64,000 nt of DNA, taken from contig NIVC01000317.1 in assembly GCA_002269645.1 (NCBI GenBank), positions 395,705-459,704 of the forward strand, given 5' to 3'. A program made the position numbers and the translations under genes. The notes below the pieces were generated by a model. The model did no database searches. It was not told the DNA's origin and saw only the letters and a program-made list of their open reading frames with translations. Shown here one piece after another: positions 37,701-51,610 of this stretch. The first letter of the stretch is position 1; the number at the start of each line of letters is the position of its first letter. This DNA comes from Macrostomum lignano. Lineage: Eukaryota.

Positions 37701-40700
37701 CTGACTCTTCCTGACTCTTCCTGACTCTTCTCTGACTCTTCCTGACTCCTCCTGACTCTTCCTGACTCTTCCTGACTCTTCTCTGACTCTACATGACTCT
37801 TCCTGACTCTTCCAGTCTCCTCCTGACTCTTCTCTGACTCTTCCTGGCTCTTCCTGACTCTTCTCTGACTCTTCCTGACTCTTCCTGACTCTTCTCTGAC
37901 TCTTCCTGACTCTTCCTGACTCTTCCTGACTCTTCCAGTCTCTTCCTGACTCTTCCTGACTCTTCCTGACTCTTCCTGACTCTTCCAGTCTCTTCCTGAC
38001 TCTTCCAGTCTCTTCCTGACTCTTCCAGTCTCTTTCTGACTCATCCAGTCTCTTCCTGACTCTTCCTGACTCTTCCTGACTCTTCTCTGACTCTTCCTGG
38101 CTCTTCCTGACTCTTCCTGACTCTTCCTGACTCTTCCTGACTCCTCCTGACTCTTCCTGACTCTTCCTGACTCTTCCTGACTCTTCCTGACTCTTCCTGA
38201 CTCTTCCAGTCTCCTCCTGACTCTTCCTGACTCTTCCTGACTCTTCCTGACTCTTCTCTGACTCTTCCTGACTCTTTCTGACTCTTCTCTGACTCTTCCT
38301 GACTCTTCCTGACTCTTCCTGACTCTTCCTGACTCCTCCTGACTCTTCCTGACTCTTCCTGACTCTTCCTGACTCTTCCTGACTCCTCCTGACTCTTCCT
38401 GACTCTTCCTGACTCTTCTCTGACTCTACATGACTCTTCCTGACTCTTCCAGTCTCCTCCTGACTCTTCCTGACTCTTCCTGACTCTTCCTGACTCTTCT
38501 CTGACTCTTCCTGACTCTTCCTGACTCTTCTCTGACTCTTCCTGACTCTTCCTGACTCTTCCTGACTCTTCCAGTCTCTTCCTGACTCTTCCTGACTCTT
38601 CCTGACTCTTCCTGACTCTTCCAGTCTCTTCCTGACTCTTCCAGTCTCTTCCTGACTCTTCCAGTCTCTTCCTGACTCTTCCAGTCTCTTTCTGACTCTT
38701 CCAGTCTCTTCCTGACTCTTCCTGACTCTTCCTGACTCTTCCTGACTCTTCCTGACTCTTCCAGTCTCTTCCTGACTCTTCCAGTCTCTTCCTGACTCTT
38801 CCAGTCTCTTTCTGACTCTTTCAGTCTCTTCCTGACTCTTCCTGACTCTTCCTGACTCTTCCTGACTCTTCCTGACTCTTCCTGACTCTTCCTGACTCTT
38901 CCTGACTCTTCCAGTCTCTTCCTGACTCTTCCAGTCTCTTCCTGACTCTTCCAGTCTCTTTCTGACTCTTCCTGACTCTTCCAGTCTCTTCCTGACTCTT
39001 CCTGACTCTTCCAGTCTCTTCCTGACTCTTCCTGACTCTTCCTGAATCTTCCTGACTCTTCCTGACTCTTCCTGACTCTTCCTGACTCTTCCTGACTCTT
39101 CCTGACTCTTCCAGTCTCTTCCTGACTCTTCCTGACTCTTCCAGTCTCCTCCTGACTCTTCCTGACTCTTCCTGACTCTTCCTGACTCTTCTCTGACTCT
39201 TCCTGGCTCTTCCTGACTCTTCCTGACTCTTCCTGACTCTTCCTGACTCCTCCTGACTCTTCCTGACTCTTCCTGACTCTTCCTGACTCCTCCTGACTCT
39301 TCCTGACTCCTCCTGACTCTTCCTGACTCTTCCTGACTCTTCCTGACTCTTCCAGTCTCTTCCTGACTCTTCCTGACTCTTCCTGACTCTTCCAGTCTCT
39401 TCCTGACTCTTCCTGACTCTTCCTGACTCTTCCAGTCTCTTCCTGACTCTTCCTGACTCTTCCTGACTCTTCCTGACTCTTCCTGACTCTACCTGACTCT
39501 TCCTGACTCTACCTGACTCTTCCTGACTCTTCCTGACTCTTCCTGACTCCTCCTGACTCTTCCTGACTCTTCCTGACTCTTCTCTGACTCTACATGACTC
39601 TTCCTGACTCTTCCAGTCTCCTCCTGACTCTTCCTGACTCTTCTCTGACTCTTCCTGACTCTTCTCTGACTCTTTCTGACTCTTCTCTGACTCTTCCTGA
39701 CTCTTCCTGACTCTTCCTGACTCTTCCTGACTCCTCCTGACTCTTCCTGACTCTTCCTGACTCTTCTCTGACTCTACATGACTCTTCCTGACTCTTCCAG
39801 TCTCCTCCTGACTCTTCCTGACTCTTCCTGACTCTTCCTGACTCTTCTCTGACTCTTCCTGACTCTTTCTGACTCTTCTCTGACTCTTCCTGACTCTTCC
39901 TGACTCTTCCTGACTCTTCCAGTCTCTTTCTGACTCTTCCAGTCTCTTCCTGACTCTTCCTGACTCTTCCTGACTCTTCCTGACTCTTCCTGACTCTTCC
40001 AGTCTCTTCCTGACTCTTCCAGTCTCTTCCTGACTCTTCCAGTCTCTTTCTGACTCTTTCAGTCTCTTCCTGACTCTTCCTGACTCTTCCTGACTCTTCC
40101 TGACTCTTCCTGACTCTTCCTGACTCTTCCTGACTCTTCCTGACTCTTCCAGTCTCTTCCTGACTCTTCCTGACTCTTCCTGACTCTTCCAGTCTCTTCC
40201 TGACTCTTCCTGACTCTTCCTGAATCTTCCTGACTCTTCCTGACTCCTCCTGACTCTTCCTGACTCTTCCTGACTCTTCCTGACTCTTCCAGTCTCTTCC
40301 AGTCTCTTCCTGACTCTTCCTGACTCTTCCAGTCTCTTCCTGACTCTTCCTGACTCTTCCAGTCTCTTCCTGACTCTTCCTGACTCTTCCTGAATCTTCC
40401 TGACTCTTCCTGACTCTTCCTGACTCTTCCTGACTCTTCCTGACTCTTCCTGACTCTTCCAGTCTCTTCCTGACTCTTCCTGACTCTTCCTGACTCTTCC
40501 AGTCTCTTCCTGACTCTTCCTGACTCTTCCTGACTCTTCCTGACTCTTCCTGACTCTTCCAGTCTCTTTCTGACTCATCCAGTCTCTTCCTGACTCTTCC
40601 TGACTCTTCCTGACTCTTCTCTGACTCTTCCTGGCTCTTCCTGACTCTTCCTGACTCTTCCTGACTCTTCCTGACTCCTCCTGACTCTTCCTGACTCTTC

Positions 40701-43700
40701 CTGACTCTTCCTGACTCTTCCTGACTCTTCCTGACTCTTCCAGTCTCCTCCTGACTCTTCCTGACTCTTCCTGACTCTTCCTGACTCTTCTCTGACTCTT
40801 CCTGACTCTTTCTGACTCTTCTCTGACTCTTCCTGACTCTTCCTGACTCTTCCTGACTCTTCCTGACTCCTCCTGACTCTTCCTGACTCTTCCTGACTCT
40901 TCTCTGACTCTACATGACTCTTCCTGACTCTTCCAGTCTCCTCCTGACTCTTCCTGACTCTTCCTGACTCTTCCTGACTCTTCTCTGACTCTTCCTGACT
41001 CTTCCTGACTCTTCTCTGACTCTTCCTGACTCTTCCTGACTCTTCCTGACTCTTCCAGTCTCTTCCTGACTCTTCCTGACTCTTCCTGACTCTTCCTGAC
41101 TCTTCCAGTCTCTTCCTGACTCTTCCAGTCTCTTCCTGACTCTTCCTGACTCTTCCTGACTCTTCCAGTCTCTTTCTGACTCTTCCAGTCTCTTCCTGAC
41201 TCTTCCTGACTCTTCCTGACTCTTCCTGACTCTTCCTGACTCTTCCAGTCTCTTCCTGACTCTTCCAGTCTCTTCCTGACTCTTCCAGTCTCTTTCTGAC
41301 TCTTTCAGTCTCTTCCTGACTCTTCCTGACTCTTCCTGACTCTTCCTGACTCTTCCTGACTCTTCCTGACTCTTCCTGACTCTTCCTGACTCTTCCAGTC
41401 TCTTCCTGACTCTTCCTGACTCTTCCTGACTCTTCCAGTCTCTTCCTGACTCTTCCTGACTCTTCCTGAATCTTCCTGACTCTTCCTGACTCCTCCTGAC
41501 TCTTCCTGACTCTTCCTGACTCTTCCTGACTCTTCCAGTCTCTTCCAGTCTCTTCCTGACTCTTCCTGACTCTTCCAGTCTCTTCCTGACTCTTCCTGAC
41601 TCTTCCAGTCTCTTCCTGACTCTTCCTGACTCTTCCTGAATCTTCCTGACTCTTCCTGACTCTTCCTGACTCTTCCTGACTCTTCCTGACTCTTCCTGAC
41701 TCTTCCAGTCTCTTCCTGACTCTTCCTGACTCTTCCTGACTCTTCCAGTCTCTTCCTGACTCTTCCTGACTCTTCCTGACTCTTCCTGACTCTTCCTGAC
41801 TCTTCCTGACTCTTCCTGACTCTTCCAGTCTCTTCCTGACTCTTCCTGACTCTTCCTGACTCTTCCAGTCTCTTCCTGACTCTTCCTGACTCTTCCTGAC
41901 TCTTCCAGTCTCTTCCTGACTCTTCCTGACTCTTCCTGACTCTTCCTGACTCTTCCTGACTCTACCTGACTCTTCCTGACTCTACCTGACTCTTCCTGAC
42001 TCTTCCTGACTCTTCCTGACTCCTCCTGACTCTTCCTGACTCTTCCTGACTCTTCTCTGACTCTACATGACTCTTCCTGACTCTTCCAGTCTCCTCCTGA
42101 CTCTTCCTGACTCTTCTCTGACTCTTCCTGACTCTTCTCTGACTCTTCCTGACTCTTCCAGTCTCTTCCTGACTCTTCCTGACTCTTCCTGACTCCTCCT
42201 GACTCTTCCTGACTCTTCCTGACTCTTCCTGACTCTTCCTGACTCTTCCTGACTCTTCCAGTCTCCTCCTGACTCTTCCTGACTGTTCGTGACTCTTCCT
42301 GACTCTTCTCTGACTCTTCCTGACTCTTCCTGACTCTTCTCTGACTCTTCCTGACTCCTCCTGACTCTTCCTGACTCTTCCTGACTCTTCTCTGACTCTA
42401 CATGACTCTTCCTGACTCTTCCAGTCTCCTCCTGACTCTTCCTGACTCTTCCTGACTCTTCCTGACTCTTCTCTGACTCTTCCTGACTCTTCCTGACTCT
42501 TCTCTGACTCTTCCTGACTCTTCCTGACTCTTCCTGACTCTTCCAGTCTCTTCCTGACTCTTCCTGACTCTTCCTGACTCTTCCTGACTCTTCCAGTCTC
42601 TTCCTGACTCTTCCAGTCTCTTCCTGACTCTTCCAGTCTCTTTCTGACTCATCCAGTCTCTTCCTGACTCTTCCTGACTCTTCCTGACTCTTCTCTGACT
42701 CTTCCTGGCTCTTCCTGACTCTTCCTGACTCTTCCTGACTCTTCCTGACTCCTCCTGACTCTTCCTGACTCTTCCTGACTCTTCCTGACTCTTCCTGACT
42801 CTTCCTGACTCTTCCAGTCTCCTCCTGACTCTTCCTGACTCTTCCTGACTCTTCCTGACTCTTCTCTGACTCTTCCTGACTCTTTCTGACTCTTCTCTGA
42901 CTCTTCCTGACTCTTCCTGACTCTTCCTGACTCTTCCTGACTCCTCCTGACTCTTCCTGACTCTTCCTGACTCTTCTCTGACTCTACATGACTCTTCCTG
43001 ACTCTTCCAGTCTCCTCCTGACTCTTCCTGACTCTTCCTGACTCTTCCTGACTCTTCTCTGACTCTTCCTGACTCTTCCTGACTCTTCTCTGACTCTTCC
43101 TGACTCTTCCTGACTCTTCCTGACTCTTCCAGTCTCTTCCTGACTCTTCCTGACTCTTCCTGACTCTTCCTGACTCTTCCAGTCTCTTCCTGACTCTTCC
43201 AGTCTCTTCCTGACTCTTCCAGTCTCTTCCTGACTCTTCCAGTCTCTTTCTGACTCTTCCAGTCTCTTCCTGACTCTTCCTGACTCTTCCTGACTCTTCC
43301 TGACTCTTCCTGACTCTTCCAGTCTCTTCCTGACTCTTCCAGTCTCTTCCTGACTCTTCCAGTCTCTTTCTGACTCTTTCAGTCTCTTCCTGACTCTTCC
43401 TGACTCTTCCTGACTCTTCCTGACTCTTCCTGACTCTTCCTGACTCTTCCTGACTCTTCCTGACTCTTCCAGTCTCTTCCTGACTCTTCCTGACTCTTTC
43501 TGACTCTTCCAGTCTCTTCCTGACTCTTCCTGACTCTTCCTGAATCTTCCTGACTCTTCCTGACTCCTCCTGACTCTTCCTGACTCTTCCTGACTCTTCC
43601 TGACTCTTCCAGTCTCTTCCAGTCTCTTCCTGACTCTTCCTGACTCTTCCAGTCTCTTCCTGACTCTTCCTGACTCTTCCAATCTCTTCCTGACTCTTCC

Positions 43701-46700
43701 TGACTCTTCCTGAATCTTCCTGACTCTTCCTGACTCTTCCTGACTCTTCCTGACTCTTCCTGACTCTTCCTGACTCTTCCAGTCTCTTCCTGACTCTTCC
43801 TGACTCTTCCTGACTCTTCCAGTCTCTTCCTGACTCTTCCTGACTCTTCCTGACTCTTCCTGACTCTTCCTGACTCTTCCTGACTCTTCCTGACTCTTCC
43901 AGTCTCTTCCTGACTCTTCCTGACTCTTCCTGACTCTTCCAGTCTCTTCCTGACTCTTCCTGACTCTTCCTGACTCTTCCAGTCTCTTCCTGACTCTTCC
44001 TGACTCTTCCTGACTCTTCCTGACTCTTCCTGACTCTACCTGACTCTTCCTGACTCTACCTGACTCTTCCTGACTCTTCCTGACTCTTCCTGACTCCTCC
44101 TGACTCTTCCTGACTCTTCCTGACTCTTCTCTGACTCTACATGACTCTTCCTGACTCTTCCAGTCTCCTCCTGACTCTTCCTGACTCTTCTCTGACTCTT
44201 CCTGACTCTTCTCTGACTCTTCCTGACTCTTCCAGTCTCTTCCTGACTCTTCCTGACTCTTCCTGACTCCTCCTGACTCTTCCTGACTCTTCCTGACTCT
44301 TCCTGACTCTTCCTGACTCTTCCTGACTCTTCCAGTCTCCTCCTGACTCTTCCTGACTGTTCGTGACTCTTCCTGACTCTTCTCTGACTCTTCCTGACTC
44401 TTCCTGACTCTTCTCTGACTCTTCCTGACTCCTCCTGACTCTTCCTGACTCTTCCTGACTCTTCTCTGACTCTACATGACTCTTCCTGACTCTTCCAGTC
44501 TCCTCCTGACTCTTCCTGACTCTTCCTGACTCTTCCTGACTCTTCTCTGACTCTTCCTGACTCTTCCTGACTCTTCTCTGACTCTTCCTGACTCTTCCTG
44601 ACTCTTCCTGACTCTTCCAGTCTCTTCCTGACTCTTCCTGACTCTTCCTGACTCTTCCTGACTCTTCCAGTCTCTTCCTGACTCTTCCAGTCTCTTCCTG
44701 ACTCTTCCAGTCTCTTTCTGACTCATCCAGTCTCTTCCTGACTCTTCCTGACTCTTCCTGACTCTTCTCTGACTCTTCCTGGCTCTTCCTGACTCTTCCT
44801 GACTCTTCCTGACTCTTCCTGACTCCTCCTGACTCTTCCTGACTCTTCCTGACTCTTCCTGACTCTTCCTGACTCTTCCTGACTCTTCCAGTCTCCTCCT
44901 GACTCTTCCTGACTCTTCCTGACTCTTCCTGACTCTTCTCTGACTCTTCCTGACTCTTTCTGACTCTTCTCTGACTCTTCCTGACTCTTCCTGACTCTTC
45001 CTGACTCTTCCTGACTCCTCCTGACTCTTCCTGACTCTTCCTGACTCTTCTCTGACTCTACATGACTCTTCCTGACTCTTCCAGTCTCCTCCTGACTCTT
45101 CCTGACTCTTCCTGACTCTTCCTGACTCTTCTCTGACTCTTCCTGACTCTTCCTGACTCTTCTCTGACTCTTCCTGACTCTTCCTGACTCTTCCTGACTC
45201 TTCCAGTCTCTTCCTGACTCTTCCTGACTCTTCCTGACTCTTCCTGACTCTTCCAGTCTCTTCCTGACTCTTCCAGTCTCTTCCTGACTCTTCCAGTCTC
45301 TTCCTGACTCTTCCAGTCTCTTTCTGACTCTTCCAGTCTCTTCCTGACTCTTCCTGACTCTTCCTGACTCTTCCTGACTCTTCCTGACTCTTCCAGTCTC
45401 CTCCTGACTCTTCCTGACTGTTCGTGACTCTTCCTGACTCTTCTCTGACTCTTCCTGACTCTTCCTGACTCTTCTCTGACTCTTCCTGACTCCTCCTGAC
45501 TCTTCCTGACTCTTCCTGACTCTTCTCTGACTCTACATGACTCTTCCTGACTCTTCCAGTCTCCTCCTGACTCTTCCTGACTCTTCCTGACTCTTCCTGA
45601 CTCTTCTCTGACTCTTCCTGACTCTTCCTGACTCTTCTCTGACTCTTCCTGACTCTTCCTGACTCTTCCTGACTCTTCCAGTCTCTTCCTGACTCTTCCT
45701 GACTCTTCCTGACTCTTCCTGACTCTTCCAGTCTCTTCCTGACTCTTCCAGTCTCTTCCTGACTCTTCCAGTCTCTTTCTGACTCATCCAGTCTCTTCCT
45801 GACTCTTCCTGACTCTTCCTGACTCTTCCTGACTCTTCCTGACTCTTCCAGTCTCTTCCTGACTCTTCCAGTCTCTTCCTGACTCTTCCAGTCTCTTTCT
45901 GACTCTTTCAGTCTCTTCCTGAGTCTTCCTGACTCTTCCTGACTCTTCCTGACTCTTCCTGACTCTTCCTGACTCTTCCAGTCTCTTCCTGACTCTTCCT
46001 GACTCTTCCTGACTCTTCCTGACTCTTCCTGGCTCTTCCTGACTCTTCTTGACTTTTCCTGACTCTTCGTGACTTTTCCTGACTCTTCTTGACTCCACCT
46101 TTCCTGACTCTTCCTGACTCTTCCTGACTCTTCCTGATTCTACCTGACTCTTCCTGACTCTACCTGACTCTTTCTGACTCTTCCTGACTCTTCCTGACTC
46201 TACCTGACTCTTCCTGACTCTTCCTGACTCTTCCTGACTCCTCCTGACTCTTCCTGACTCTTCCTGACTCTTCTCTGACTCTACATGACTCTTCCTGACT
46301 CTTCCAGTCTCCTCCTGACTCTTCCTGACTCTTCTCTGACTCTTCCTGACTCTTCTCTGACTCTTCCTGGCTCTTCCTGACTCTTCCTGACTCTTCCTGA
46401 CTCTTCCTGACTCCTCCTGACTCTTCCTGACTCTTCCTGACTCTTCCTGACTCTTCCTGACTCTTCCTGACTCTTCCAGTCTCCTCCTGACTCTTCCTGA
46501 CTGTTCGTGACTCTTCCTGACTCTTCTCTGACTCTTCCTGACTCTTCCTGACTCTTCTCTGACTCTTCCTGACTCTTCCTGACTCTTCCTGACTCTTCCT
46601 GACTCCTCCTGACTCTTCCTGACTCTTCCTGACTCTTCTCTGACTCTACATGACTCTTCCTGACTCTTCCAGTCTCCTCCTGACTCTTCCTGACTCTTCC

Positions 46701-46810
46701 TGACTCTTCCTGACTCTTCTCTGACTCTTCCTGACTCTTCCTGACTCTTCTCTGACTCTACATGACTCTTCCAGTCTCTTCCGACTCTTCATGCATCTTC
46801 CTGACTCTCC
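34797..46810. repeat. ~12 kb 10-bp satellite (GACTCTTCCT)n with higher-order repeats, intronic
   Basis: Units GACTCTTCCT, GACTCTTCCA-GTCTCTTCCT and rarer variants recurring in fixed order. Confidence 0.99.
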
Positions 46811-47552
46811 TTCGATCTCTTCTACAGCAAACTTCCAACAACGCAGTCCAAACAGCGGGGAACTGAAAGCGCCGGCGGGGGCCCCCAGCCGTTAGTAGCT
46901 GCATCTGCCATGCTGCATCAGGGAGTCTGGGGCCGAGGCGGCGGGCAGGCACGCATTTATCTTACTCATCCGCCATGCTTGTGAGGCTTTTTCAGTGGGG
47001 ATTCTGAGCCAAGGGCGGGCCAGAGCAGCGAGTGAAGCATAAATTTTGCATTTCCCAGCCCTGAGATCCTCTTTCTGCGGCCTCTGGTCCCTACCCCCCC
47101 CCCGCTATCTCCATCCACTACGGGGCGGAATCCATTAGCAATTGCCGCTATATTTTTGTGGCCAGAAATTCTCAACAATATCCACCCCTCTCTTTTGCAA
47201 GAGGGCAAAATGTTGTGACAAAAACAGCCGAGCCAAAACAGACGGAACTGTGGCGAGGGGGGGTTCGCCCGAATCCACCTTGGACCCGAAATAGTTCCCA
47301 AATGCCTCGATTTGGAATCCACTGGTTGGACTTTTACTCGTATGACAAAAACCGAGTGAGCGCGAGGATTTTCAAAAGGGGAAAAATTGATGAACTGGGC
47401 GGGGACCGCGACTTTCTCGCCTGGGGGGAACTTCGATTGGGAAAACTGTTTTGAGATAAATAAACTGACTATCGGACTGGTGAAGAGAGGAAACTGGGTG
47501 CGGTCGGTTGGGAGTCTTGATTAGTGCAGCTTTTGTCTGACCTGCCGGTTGC

Positions 47553-47790
<238 letters not shown>

Positions 47791-48584
47791 AGACTGCATG
47801 AATGAACACATGGCACTCGACACACAAGCCAGCAGTCGCCCATGCATTCAGATATTCCCCACTAAAAGTGCATCTCCAATTTCCCACTCCGCCCCCCTTC
47901 CGATGGCTCATCGATAGCGCCTCCATCGATGCCGCCTCCTCTCCTGTTATCCCAAGATCGCGAGGCCAAGCTGCCCCTCTGAGTCCTGTGAAATCCCAAA
48001 CCTGTGACCGAGCAGCAAACGGGAGTTGCTACGCGGCTGTCCTGAGAAGGCCGGCTGGCATTCGATGAACAGATAAAACTGATGGCTGATACAGGAAGCT
48101 CAGCCAGCCAGTCAGTTTTAACGTATTCGACCTCTTTGAGTTAAAAGAAATTGCAAAAAGAGGCGTTCATGCCATTTATCGAAAGAACACTCGCCGCTGA
48201 AGACAGGAAAAATTGCTGGCAAAAGTGGACCTGTTGCTTCTGCTGCTAAAAAGCAATGGCAATCATGCAGAAAACATGCTATTCTTGCAGTTGCGACTTT
48301 GCTGAACAGCATTTGGACACCTTAATTTGGGCAATCAGCAGCCCCAGGCCTGCAGGGAAGAGGGGAGCTGGGGGCCCTCCGGGCTGACTGGCAGATGGAG
48401 ACCAGAACGGAGAGGTCAGGGGCGCCAACACCTGCCGCTGATCGCCTTCTGTTACTGGGGGCAATAAATGATGCCTGCCTGACATGAATCGCCAACAGGA
48501 GTCTGAAATCCTGCAGAACATGTGTAGAGGGAGATCAAGGATCAAGGGGCGAGAAGGAAAGGTGTGAGAGATGAGGGGGAGAGA

Positions 48585-49210
48585 GGATAGAGAGGCAGGG
48601 AGAGAGGCAGGGAGAGAAGCAGGGAGAGGGGCAGGGAGAGAGGCGGGGAGAGAAGCAGGGAGAGAGGCAGGGAGAGAGGCAAGCACAGAGGCAGGGAGAG
48701 AGGCAGGGAGAGAGGCAGGGAGAGAGGCAGGGAGAAAGACAGGTAGAGAGGCAGGGAGAGAGGCAGGGAGAGAGGCAGGGAGAGAGGCAGGGAGAGAGGC
48801 AGGGAGAGAGGCAGGGAGAGAAGCAGGGAGAGGGGCAGGGAGAGAGGCGGGGAGAGAGGCAGAGAGAGAAGCAGGGAGAGAGGCAAGCACAGAGGCAGGG
48901 AGAGAGGCAGGGAGAGAGGCAGGGAGAGAGGCAGGGAGAAAGACAGGTAGAGAGGCAGGGAGAGAGGCAGGGAGAGAGGCAGGGAGAAAGACAGGTAGAG
49001 AGGCAGGGAGAGAGGCAGGGAGAGAGGCAGGGAGAGAGGGAGAGAGAGAGGCAGGGAGAGAGGCAGGGAGAGAGGCAGAGAGAGGGACAGAGAGTGAGGC
49101 AGGGAGAGAGGCAGGGAGAGAGGCAGAGAGAGGGACAGAGAGTGAGGCAGGGAGAGAGGCAGGGAGAGAGGCAGGGAGAGAGGCAGGGAGAAAGGCAGGG
49201 AGAGAGGCAA
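48585..49210. repeat. 12-bp minisatellite GAGAGGCAGGGA
   Basis: About 50 copies. Confidence 0.95.
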
Positions 49211-50419
49211 ACACTAATAAACAGAAAAGCCTCAAAGCCATGAAAAGCAGCAAGGGAAAGCAAGGTGTGCAAATTGGATGCAGAAGGACAGAGATAAAGA
49301 TGCTGAGAAATCGAGTGAGGCCAAGGGCATTGGCCTCATCGCAACCTGTTTTGCAATCTTCAAAATTCTGACAGCTCTCTGGCTGCTGAGCAGCTCACAA
49401 TTGCATGTGTTACGCAACCACTCAGAATGAGCCAATGCTGTCAGGAGAGACAATAGCGTCTTGTTTAGCATATCTAATTCAAGTGGTTTGTTATTGTTGT
49501 CATGCCCAGGCAGCGCAGGAATGTGCCGCCCCCCGCTGGGCAGGTCTAATTGCCCTCTATTTTCGAGTTACCGTTTAAACCAAGTTTACAGCTTATAGCC
49601 TTCTCTCTGCAGTTTTTTACCAATTCGTTTTTGTTTGTTGATGGCGACGGGAGTACCGTTGACAGCCCGAGCTCGAATCCTTGTGGAGTCTGTTGGAGTG
49701 CCTGTCAATCACTGCACTTTGTGGCCTCGCCAACTTCAACTCCTAAGAGCTTCTATGGGACGTGAATAAGAGAGTCTCCCAGCCCCAAAAAAGGTTGAAG
49801 AGTCTGCAGGGTTCCATTGGGATATACACTGAAGTCGTCAAGTGCGGCCTTGGCAACCGAAGGCAAAACAGATGGCCGCACCGATTCGGTTTGCTATCCG
49901 AGCTAGAAGAGGTGTTGAAGGATTGTCCTCGACTCTCTGGCCTGGACCCGACTGTCTGTCTCCTCCTGGGCGGCCTCCCAGTTCCCTATTCAGTCCCCGG
50001 GGGGTTGTTCGAGCTTCCAACACTCGACCAAGTAAGAGAAGAAGAGACGGATGGACTGCAGTGACCTGGCCTGGGAGGGCATTAATTAAAAACAGGCTTG
50101 CTGGGGTCGGGAAGATTATCTCCGAAGCCGGACCAGCAATGCAGAGTTGGACTTTTTGAAGTAAAAAAATCTACTTTCTATCTGACTTTCCTGCGCAGCA
50201 CTTTTTTGAGTTTCAGCCAACGTGCTGAAAATTGCAATTGGGGGCTCAGGCGCTTTGAGGGGGCTGATAATTGCTTGGACAGTTATAGGTAGAAAATTGA
50301 ATAGCAAAAAAATTCTATTGCGCCTGTGTAAATTCTATGCAAGGAAATTCTTGTTTTCATTCTGTTTTAGGTGGGGAAGACTTCATATGAAATTAAAAGG
50401 TGGATAGACAGAGTGTGAA

Positions 50420-51610
50420 AGGGTAGGGGAGAGTCGGGGAGAGTCGGGGAGAGTCGGAGAGAGTCGGGGAGAGTCGGGGAGAGTCGGGGAGAGTCGGGGA
50501 TAGTCGGGTAGAGTCGGGGAGAGTCGGGAAGAGTCGGGGAGAGTCGGGGAGAGTCGGGGAGAGTCGGAGAGAGTCGGGGAGAGTGGGAGAGTGGAGGAGA
50601 GTAGGGGAGAGTGAGAGAGTGGGAGAGTGGGGAGAGTGGGCGGAGTGGGGGAGAGTGGGGGAGAGTGGGGAGAGTGGGGAGAGTGAGAGAGTGGGAGAGT
50701 GGAGGAGAGTGGGGGAGAGTGGGGGAGAGTCGAGTAGAGTTGGGGAGAGTGGGAGAGTGGAGGAGAGTGGGGAGAGTGGGAGAGTGGGGGAGAGTGGGGA
50801 GAGTGGGAGAGTGGGGGAGAGTGGGGAGAGTGGGGAGAGTGGGAGAGTGGGGGAGAGTGGGAGAGTGGGGAGAGTGGGGGAGAGTGGGGAGAGAGTGGGA
50901 GAGTGGAGGAGAGTGGAGGAGAGTGGGGGAGAGTGGGCGAGTGGGGAGAGTGGAGGAGAGTGGGAGAGTGGAGGAGAGTGGGGGAGAGTGGGAGAGTGGA
51001 GGAGAGTGGGGGAGAGTGGGAGAGTGGAGGAGAGTGGGGGAGAGTGGGAGAGTGGAGGAGAGTGGGGGAGAGTGAGAGAGTGGAGGAGAGTGGGGGAGAG
51101 TGGGCGAGTGGGGAGAGTGGAGGAGAGTGGGAGAGTGGAGGAGAGTGGGGGAGAGTGGGAGAGTGGAGGAGAGTGGGGGAGAGTGGGAGAGTGGAGGAGA
51201 GTGGGGGAGAGTGGGAGAGTGGAGGAGAGTGGGGGAGAGTGAGAGAGTGGAGGAGAGTGGGGGAGAGTGAGAGATCGAGTGGGAGAGTGGAGGAGAGTGG
51301 AGGAGAGTGAGAGAGTGGGAGAGTGGAGGAGAGTGGAGGAGAGTGGAGGAGAGTGGAGGAGAGTGAGAGAGTGGGAGAGTGGAGGAGAGTGGAGGAGAGT
51401 GAGAGAGTGGGAGAGTGGGAGAGTGGAGGAGAGTGGAGGAGAGTGGAGGAGAGTGAGAGAGTGGGAGAGTGGAGGAGAGTGGAGGAGAGTGAGAGAGTGG
51501 GAGAGTGGAGGAGAGTGGAGGAGAGTGGGGGAGAGTGGGAGAGTGGAGGAGAGTGGGGGAGAGTGAGAGAGTGGGAGAGTGAAGGGGAGTGGGGGAGAGT
51601 GAGGAGAAGG
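50420..51610. repeat. Purine-rich GAGAGTGGG / GAGAGTCGGG repeat
   Basis: 8-10 bp units; source of the HSPPLS pseudo-ORFs. Confidence 0.95.

Noticed and set aside
37454-46098. Long ESGRVRKSQE ORFs resembling charged coiled-coil proteins
   Set aside because: Translation of the 10-bp satellite inside a GFR-like intron; start codons come from rare repeat variants.
49550-50160. Several 60-105 aa ORFs as a retroelement fragment
   Set aside because: No RT, RNase H, integrase, protease or zinc-knuckle motif in any frame I examined.
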